Shown here piece after piece: positions 56,761 through 64,000 of a DNA stretch of 64,000 nucleotides. The stretch is taken from contig MU053196.1 in assembly GCA_013239625.1 (NCBI GenBank), positions 62,001 through 126,000 on the forward strand, read 5' to 3'. Below the pieces are notes generated by a model. That model was given only the letters and a program-made list of their open reading frames with translations. It was not told where the DNA came from and made no database searches. Position 1 is the first letter of the stretch, and the number at the start of each line of letters is the position of its first letter. Both the position numbers and the translations under genes were made by a program. The DNA comes from Lama guanicoe (Eukaryota).

Positions 56761-56804
56761 ATGAGCAAATGTGGCAGGAAAAAATATATTAAGACAAATC
56801 TCAG
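56761..56804 (+). CDS. CREM: CREM first coding exon (exon 56705-56804, coding 44 nt): MSKCGRKKYIKTNL(R)
   Basis: Matches the recalled CREM N-terminus MSKCARKKYIKTN. Acceptor ttttactgcag|, donor CAG|GTAGGT. Confidence 0.93.
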
Positions 56805-56901
56805 GTAGGTGGATATATGTTTTCCTCTTCCTTTGAAAGTTCAATTTAGAGAGCGTAAGGTTAAAATGATGGTTAAAAGAATGGTATGTATCTATGTATA
56901 A

Positions 56902-56904
<3 letters not shown>

Positions 56905-56932
<28 letters not shown>
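56905..56932. repeat. (GT)n microsatellite ~100 nt downstream of the first CREM coding exon
   Basis: Seen directly. Confidence 0.95.
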
Positions 56933-59027
56933 ATTATATTAATAGGATCACGTGTATCCACATTACTCAGCCGCTCAGTTCCGGCCTCCTCTTCTGCCGA
57001 GTACCGCACTAGGCGGTGTGTGCACTGGAGGACCTTCATGCTCAGCATCTGAAGTGCTGACCTCTTTCTCACCGGGGAGACCGTGTGCAAGGATGAGGGC
57101 AGAGTTTTCTTTCTTGCCTGTAGTCTACACTTGTACCCAACATTGTAAAACAGAGGGAAGTCTCTACCAATGTTTTACGGAAATCCAAATGTTATTTTTC
57201 ATGTTTTCTTTTAGTTACTTTTAGAGACATTCCGGTTTATCAGTTGGCTCTAACTTCAAAAAGAAAATGAATTTTCTATGACAGTTTTTGTAAAACTATT
57301 TAAAAATGGGTAATAGAAATGGCTTTAATAATCTTTCCTTTTGCAGCTGGATTCTATTTTTAAAAGAGGTGAGAACATTTTACAATGGTAAATATAGTTG
57401 CTCTGCAGTATAATTTGTCTTTGCAAATTGGATACAACTAAAATTTTAGAAGTTATTTGTTAATTGTACAGTTTAATTATAATTAGGAATTTTTGTCTTA
57501 TTTTTCATTTAGATATTTTTGGCCTGTGTTCCTTTTCTCTTTTTTGTTTCTGTCTTTTAGGAACACTTTTCTGGGTATCTATGATAATATTTCTTTTAAA
57601 TGCTTTCCCTTTTTCTTCTCGTTTTTCCTTCTCCTTAAATATCTTGTGTGTTCTTGATACACAGGTATGCCTAAGTAACTTTGGTCATTGATTACCTCAA
57701 TATTTCTATAATCATAAATACGATTTTTACAAATATATTCCTTTGTATTCATTTCTTGAAAATATGTTGCACAAATAGTGTACAGACAATACTGTGCTGT
57801 TGTACTTCAGTGTTTTGGGGCGTTATTGCAATATGATGTAGATGTTCTATTAAAGGCCTAGAAAATAACAGAGTAAGCAAACACAGTTCTATCCCCCAAA
57901 AGTAGGTCATCCTAGAAGTCTTGGAACTTGTGCTAATTTTTGGATCCTGTTCTTTTAAAACAATAGTTATATTAACATTTATTAAACATTATTGGGATAA
58001 CATTTACTTTTCTATCGAAGAAGAAAATGGCTTGCTAATAATATAAAGAAGATTTCAGAAGAAATATTTAACTTGGATAAGAAAAGAATATTGCAACTAC
58101 TATTAATCATTTATAAGTTTAAATATACCCGTTTTAGCAAATCCTTATCTGTTCTTTAGAATTATGGCACCAAATATTTGCCAGTATTTTGTTTACTCTT
58201 AGTTTATAGTGATTAATGGGCTTTTTAATTTGTTTTAGTTTTTTATTGTTTTATCTCATATGTTTTTATTTTAAAATATTCTATAATTTTTATTTCCTAG
58301 TTGGTCTTTTTCTTTCTAATTTGGATTATTGTATAAGATTAAAATATTACATGATATATTTATAGATTATTAATATTAGTATAATTATATTTAAAATTTG
58401 TTACAGTAAGTCAGCTTTGGGGGAAATATCCTATGATACACTTCTTCAGTTTTTGCCATGACAAATGTAGTGAACATTGCAGGATTGAAATGGATCTCTC
58501 TCATACACTGCATCTAATAAGCTATGTCTGGACTAGCTGAGGCCAATTTGCAGACGTTAGTGTTTATGTACATCATTTCCAGCTGAGGTCTGGGTCCTGT
58601 ATCTCCTATGAGGTCGTATTTGAAGGTGCCCAGTACAGTACTTGACCCATGTGGAGCGTTTAAATGTTAGTTGAACCTTCTGCCCCGAGTCCTGCCCTGG
58701 GGTTGTCTTTTAGTGGGTGTAGGAGGTTGTGCTGCAGAGAGTTGGCTATAAATCAGCAGGAAAATCTTGTTTGGAAATAACAGAGTGTACATTTTAAATT
58801 GGTAGTGCTGACCCAAACCTTACTCTTCTGTGGATGATTTTTACCTTCAAACAAAGTGATTTAGTATCAACTTTTATTGAATAACATGTACTGAGCACTA
58901 TGCTAGGCACTCCAGAAGAATAAAATGGGATAAAATTGGAGCCTCCCCAGCCTACTGTGAAAGGCAAAGTGTACCTAAGTGAAGACCGTGGCAGCAGTTG
59001 CAGCATATACTCAAAAGCACACTGTTT

Positions 59028-59342
59028 CTGAGACTCACAGACACAGAGAACAGACTTATGATTACCAGGGGCAAAGGGGGTGGGAAGGCCCAAATTGGGA
59101 GTTCGAGATTTGCAGATACTAACTACTGTATACAAAATAGATGCACAACAAGTTTCTTCTGCATCTTCTGTGTAGCACAGGGAACTATATTCAGTGTTTT
59201 GTAGTAACCTCTAACAAAAAAGAATATGAAAACAAATATATGTATGTTTACGTATGACTGGAGCATAATGCTGTTCACCAGAAATTAACACAACAGTGTA
59301 AACTGACTATACTTCAATTTTTAAGAGACAAAAAGAAAAAAA
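59028..59342 (+). mobile_element. Short 5'-truncated L1 3' end
   Basis: GAGACTCACAGACACAGAGAACAGACTTATG...AACTGACTATACTTCAA; imperfect flanking repeat AAAGCACACTGTTT / AAAGGACACCGTTT. Confidence 0.8.
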
Positions 59343-59559
59343 AGGACACCGTTTTTGTGAGATGTTATCTAAACTGGACTACTACTCAGGGCACTGGCTG
59401 TGGAAGGGACCCTGGGGTCACAGTCACAACACCTCTTGTTCACCCTCAGTTCTGCTGTCTGTTATGTGCCCTGTAAAAAGCCACATAAGTTCTCTCTGAA
59501 CCTTATTTTTATCACTTTAGTAACATCTAACAGTTACATAGTCTTCCAGAGTAGTTGAT

Positions 59560-61100
59560 TAATTGGCTTAGTTAATGATGATGGTAGATTCTGTACAAGG
59601 CACTGGGAATACCTTGAAATCTGAGATGTAATCTCCGTTGCTCACACCAGTGGTGGATCTCTGGGGACAGACGTGCATGATGCTCAAGTGTGGTAATGGG
59701 GGCTGCACAGGGCGCTTTGGGAGCTCACTACAGCTAATTCCACTCAAGGCTATTAGAAGAGACTTTTGAAAGATGGTGTCCTTGAGCCAGGCCTTGAAGA
59801 ACTAGGAAGAATTTGCCTGTCACACAAAGAGGGGGAAGGGCGTTCCAAGAAGAGGGAAGAGTAGATGTAACAGATCAGAACTGGGGGAGTAAGATGTGTA
59901 TTTGACCCAAAAATGGCTTATAAGGAGGCTGGGATGCAGGTTGTGGAAAGAACAGAGTGATGGGACACGAGGCTGAGGATAAAACGGGGTCACATTGTGA
60001 AAAAGGTGGGACGGCAGTGTGGGTTGGTAATTGAGAATATGGACTTTGGAGAAAGACCTCTGTTTGAAACCTGGCTTTGCCCCTCAATACCTCTGAGGTA
60101 GATCAGAGTCCTAACTTCCCTATGTCTCCTTTCCCTCACCTCTAAGAGAAGGACTAGTTGTACTGCCCTTACAAGGTTGTTAAGGATTAAAACTAGTAGG
60201 CATTTGCGATGTGGTAGGCGCTTAACAAGTGGTAGTTATAGTTCTGATTATTGTAAGAAGTTTGGGTTTTGTCCTGCAGTAGGAAGCCCCCAAAGAGTTC
60301 TGAGCAAAAATTTGTGTTTTAGAAAGATAACTGGCAGCAGGGAGAGTGGTGGCAGACTGTTCTTTAGAAGGTGGAGTCATCCCACCTGCTGATAACCCTG
60401 TAGGGATGAAGGGGAGAGGGTTTCAGGGGTGACACTCAGGGTTCCACTTGGGCAAGTGGGTGGGTGGTGGGGCCTCATTTCCTGAAACAGACTCAGAGAA
60501 GGAATGTGTTTGTGGAGGAAGAAAAGGAGTTTGTTTGGCCCCGTTGAGTTTGAAGTACATGCAGGGCATCTGTTTGGAGAAGTTAAATGGGCATTTGGAT
60601 ACATGCTTTTGGAATCTGAGAGAGACCTCTGGGCTGGAGATCTAGATTTGAGAGCCTGAAGCTAAAAGCTGCTGTTTGGATCCAGAGAAAATGGATGATA
60701 TTACCCAGGGGAGACTTGAGAGCGGGGCAGGAGGGCTAACCAGAGCCCCGGGACCTGCAGTGTTGACGGGTAACGCTGAGTAGGGGCAGGAGTTGTCATA
60801 GGAGCTCCCGGAGACACTGTCAGAGTCGGATGAAAGTGGAAGGTCAGCACCATGACTTTAAGAGTCCAAGAAGGAGTGTGTCAGCAGTTTTGAGCACTGC
60901 TGAGGCTTCAGACGAGAGGACTTAAAATGAACGTTGAATTCAGAGACAGATTGATCACCTTTACTAGAGAAGCTGTAGTGAGGCAGAGGCCAGTTTGGAG
61001 TTTTTCTGGGATGAGGTAGGAGATGAAGAAATGGAGGTAGTGTTGGCAGTTCTTGAGGGTAGTTTAGAGGTGACAGGAAAGAGAGGGTCAAGAGAACAGC
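59560..61100. mobile_element. L2 fragments with a nested MIR (~60035-60240)
   Basis: Purine-rich L2-like motifs (GTTGAGTTTGAAG, GAGAGACCTCTGGGCTGGAGAT) and MIR-like GGTTGTTAAGGATTAAA. Confidence 0.6.
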
Positions 61101-62093
61101 CAGAGAAGCGCGCCTGGTTCCCTGTGTGTGTGTATGTGTGTGTGTGTGTGTGTGTGTATATGTGGTTGGAGAGACATGAACATATTTAAATCTTGGTGGG
61201 AGGAAACCAGTGGAGCGGGCAGAGGGGGACTGACAGTGTCCTGAGTGTGATGCCCCTGAAATTTTACGTGATGTAGATGCTGGAGACCTAGAGCGGAGGA
61301 GGCCCCTGAGTGGGGTAAACATTCTCTCCTCTCTAGAGCAGTAAAAGCAGTTCTTAATCGGTCCCATCCAGACTTTCTGGTTGTCCTCATCCCAGTCAGC
61401 TCTGCCTCCTGCCCACCAGATCTCAATCAGGTCCCTGAGGCTCCCCAACGCCTCCCCAGGCCCTCTGCCGCCAGCTGCTCTGTGACTCCCTCCCCTTACA
61501 GCCCTCCTTTCCCTGTTTGGCGAATCCTCCTCATCCTTCCCTGCACACCTCAGGTGACCCCATCCTCAGCTGACCTCAGCATCATCTGTTTCCCAAAGTG
61601 TTTATTTATTTATTTATTTTTTAAACTTTTTTTTATTGAGTTATAGTCATTTTACATTTTACAATGTTTTGTCAAATTCCAGTGTAGAGCACAATTTTTC
61701 AGTTACACATGAACATACATATATTCGTTGTCACATTTTTTTTTTTGGCTGTGAGCTATCACAAGATCTTGTATATATTTCTCTGTATAATACAGAATAA
61801 TCTTGTTTATCTATTCTGCATTTTAAAATCCACGAAGAAAGTGGCCTGCATATTTTTGGTGTATGTATAAGCGCATTCCCACAGAACGTGGTGGGGCTCC
61901 CTTGGCAATGCTCCCCTGCAGTGAGGAAGGGGCCTTCAGTTTGGAGAGTTATGATTCTGCCACGAAATCTGTTTCTTGAAAAAACTAAAGTGGTACAATT
62001 GGATGATAGAAACGCATATCAGAAAGCCAGGTGAAAGCAGAGAACCATCTCAGATAGGGCCTTAATACTTCTCCCTTTTTATTGTCTTTTCAG

Positions 62094-62211
62094 ACAAATG
62101 GAAACACTTGACTGTCAGCAGGACGGAGGTGTACCGGGCTCTGTGGCCGAAAGTGAGTCTGCTCACCTGCAGGCGCAGACTGGCCCAAATTCAGCCCCCA
62201 CTTTAGCCCAG
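62094..62211 (+). CDS. CREM: CREM next coding exon (118 nt): (R)QMETLDCQQDGGVPGSVAESESAHLQAQTGPNSAPTLAQ
   Basis: Pyrimidine tract plus ttttcag| acceptor, donor CAG|GTAAAC. In frame with the previous exon (44+118=162) and homologous to recalled METVESQHDGSITASLTESKSAHVQTQTGQNSIPALAQ. Confidence 0.93.
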
Positions 62212-64000
62212 GTAAACCCAGTGTGGGCAGCAGGAGGCACCCCGGAAAGCTGGCCTTGTGGGTTCTGTTTTTTTGCATTTGACCTTGAGTTTCCCGTCTC
62301 CTGGTTCTCAGCCACCTTACTGATTTGACTTTGTAGCGAAGATAACGTGTTTGAATTACTTTGCGTGAAGGAAAACAAAACCCCTCCTTAGTTTGTAATC
62401 CTCAAATTATTATTTGAGAGGGTCGGTGATTCCAAATGGATCCAGTTTTATATTCTTTGCTATAAATATGGCAGAAATCATTTGTCCAGTATATATTTGG
62501 TTTAATCTTTACTTTCGTTTTAGTTAACCAATAGGAGTTAGCATTTGTTATTCAGCTCCTAAACTTTATTTCTGGGATATCTATAAAATAGGTGCTAAAA
62601 ACAAACGCATCTATTTAGCTCATCAGATACCTCCTGAGTACCTCCTGTACGGAGGCACTGGTCTGGGGAGATGCATTTCCCAGCTGTAGGTATCGAATGG
62701 GCTTAGTGGGGCGGAGATGTTGGAGTGATGATTCCAGCAGTGTGAGAGGCTGGAAGCTGTCACGGAGCAGTGACAGGCGTGGTTGCCCGGAGTGTTTGTA
62801 GAGGATTTTACTTTCGGGCTGGACACAGGGTGAGTGGAGGCCGCCAGGTGGACAAGGATCAGGAAGCATGCTGCAGGCCTGGGAAGAGTGCGCAGAGGCC
62901 CAGGGGCGGAGAACGGGGTCAGGAACTGTAGTGTTGAGGGCCCGCTTGTCTGGCTGGGAGGTTGAGCTGGTCCAGGTCTGTCCTGAATTCTAAATGTTCT
63001 TGAGATGTCGTCCAGGGTTCATCGTGCTTCAGACCCAGCGGCCGGGTGGGGTTAGACTGGAAGTCAGTGCCCCTGCGTGGTGATGTGGACGAGCAGTAGG
63101 CAGTATCTCAAGAAATAACGGAAAGGGCTGAGGGCTGATCTGAGGGCCAGGGGTCAGGGGGACTTCCTGCCCTGTCTACCCGACTGGTTCCTGGGAGACC
63201 CTTCTCTCCCAAGGCGCCCCCACCTGCCCTGGGGGCCTCTCCTCACAGGTGGTCCTCCCGCTCCCGCCCCCACCCCCGCCCCTGCTCCCACCCAAGACAG
63301 GCATGCAGGCCTTGGCTCTGTTTTTTAAATGCAGCCTTTTTCTTGTTAAAAAAAAAAATGCACGTTCATTGTAGAAAATTGACAGAATATATATTATTGT
63401 AAAGAAGAAAATTAAAGCTATCTATACTTTTCATATCCAGAAATTTAAGCTTTGTTAGCATTTTGGTATTTATCCTTTAGTCTTTTTATCTGTGTAAACA
63501 GAATGCACACATAATTTTTGGTGAATTTGGGGTCTTCTAGAGTTTTTATAACTATAATTCCTGGCCTTTCATAACTATAATTTTATAGCTATTTATCTTT
63601 TATATAATTTTGTAACTGTCATTCAGCCCTTTTGCTGCACATCTTCCCTCTCCCTTTAGGAAATGGCTCCCTGTCCTCCTGCTCCCAACCTCTGGTCCTG
63701 CACAGTCAGAACGGTAGACCTCAGTATCTAAGAGTGGGGGCCTGCGGCCTGTAGGCCCCCAGCTGTGGGAGCCTCAGTAAGAAGTTGCTGGAGAGGTCAA
63801 GTAATATGAAGTGTGTAAAATAACCTTGGATTTATGAGGTTTTCGAGTTGAATAGGAGTCCAGTGAACAGAAACCAGGTTTCAGTAGGAGAGAGAATAAA
63901 TCAGAGGGAGAGGAAGTGGAAATTGGAAGTATAGATTCTTCAAGCAATTTTTCTGTGAAGTAATAGAGGAAGATGGGTCTGTGAAACAGCAGTGAGACGT

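Noticed and set aside
62212..62328. ORF 62098..62328 continuing past the CREM exon
   Set aside because: Read-through beyond a clear CAG|GTAAAC donor; similarity to CREM stops at the donor.

Overview
Mammalian genomic DNA, most likely a camelid (four tRNA-derived vic-1-like SINEs; no Alu, B1 or Bov-B seen). It holds the head-to-head 5' ends of two genes. CUL2 (minus strand) has non-coding exon 1 in a CpG island interrupted by a 260-N assembly gap, then coding exons 2-4 (codons 1-106); intron 2 is a U12-type minor-spliceosome intron. CREM (plus strand) has a CpG-island promoter with CRE-like sites, non-coding exon 1 and two coding exons. The rest is intronic or intergenic and rich in L1, L2, MIR, LTR and DNA-transposon relics. 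I see no new multi-gene system. The two most unusual structures are (1) a six-copy 32-bp minisatellite that multiplies the CUL2 exon 4 splice donor, where only the most distal extra donor is in frame (+54 aa, no stop), and (2) a ~1.5-kb poly(A)-tailed, TSD-flanked, L1-type retrocopy of an LTR-initiated transcript in CUL2 intron 3. Smaller observations are patchy AT-to-GC drift, loss of the CREM ACCATG start, a minimal uORF and a candidate upstream CUL2 donor in the CREM promoter. Repeat family names and human/mouse comparisons are from recall, not from searches, and repeat boundaries are approximate unless a TSD is quoted.
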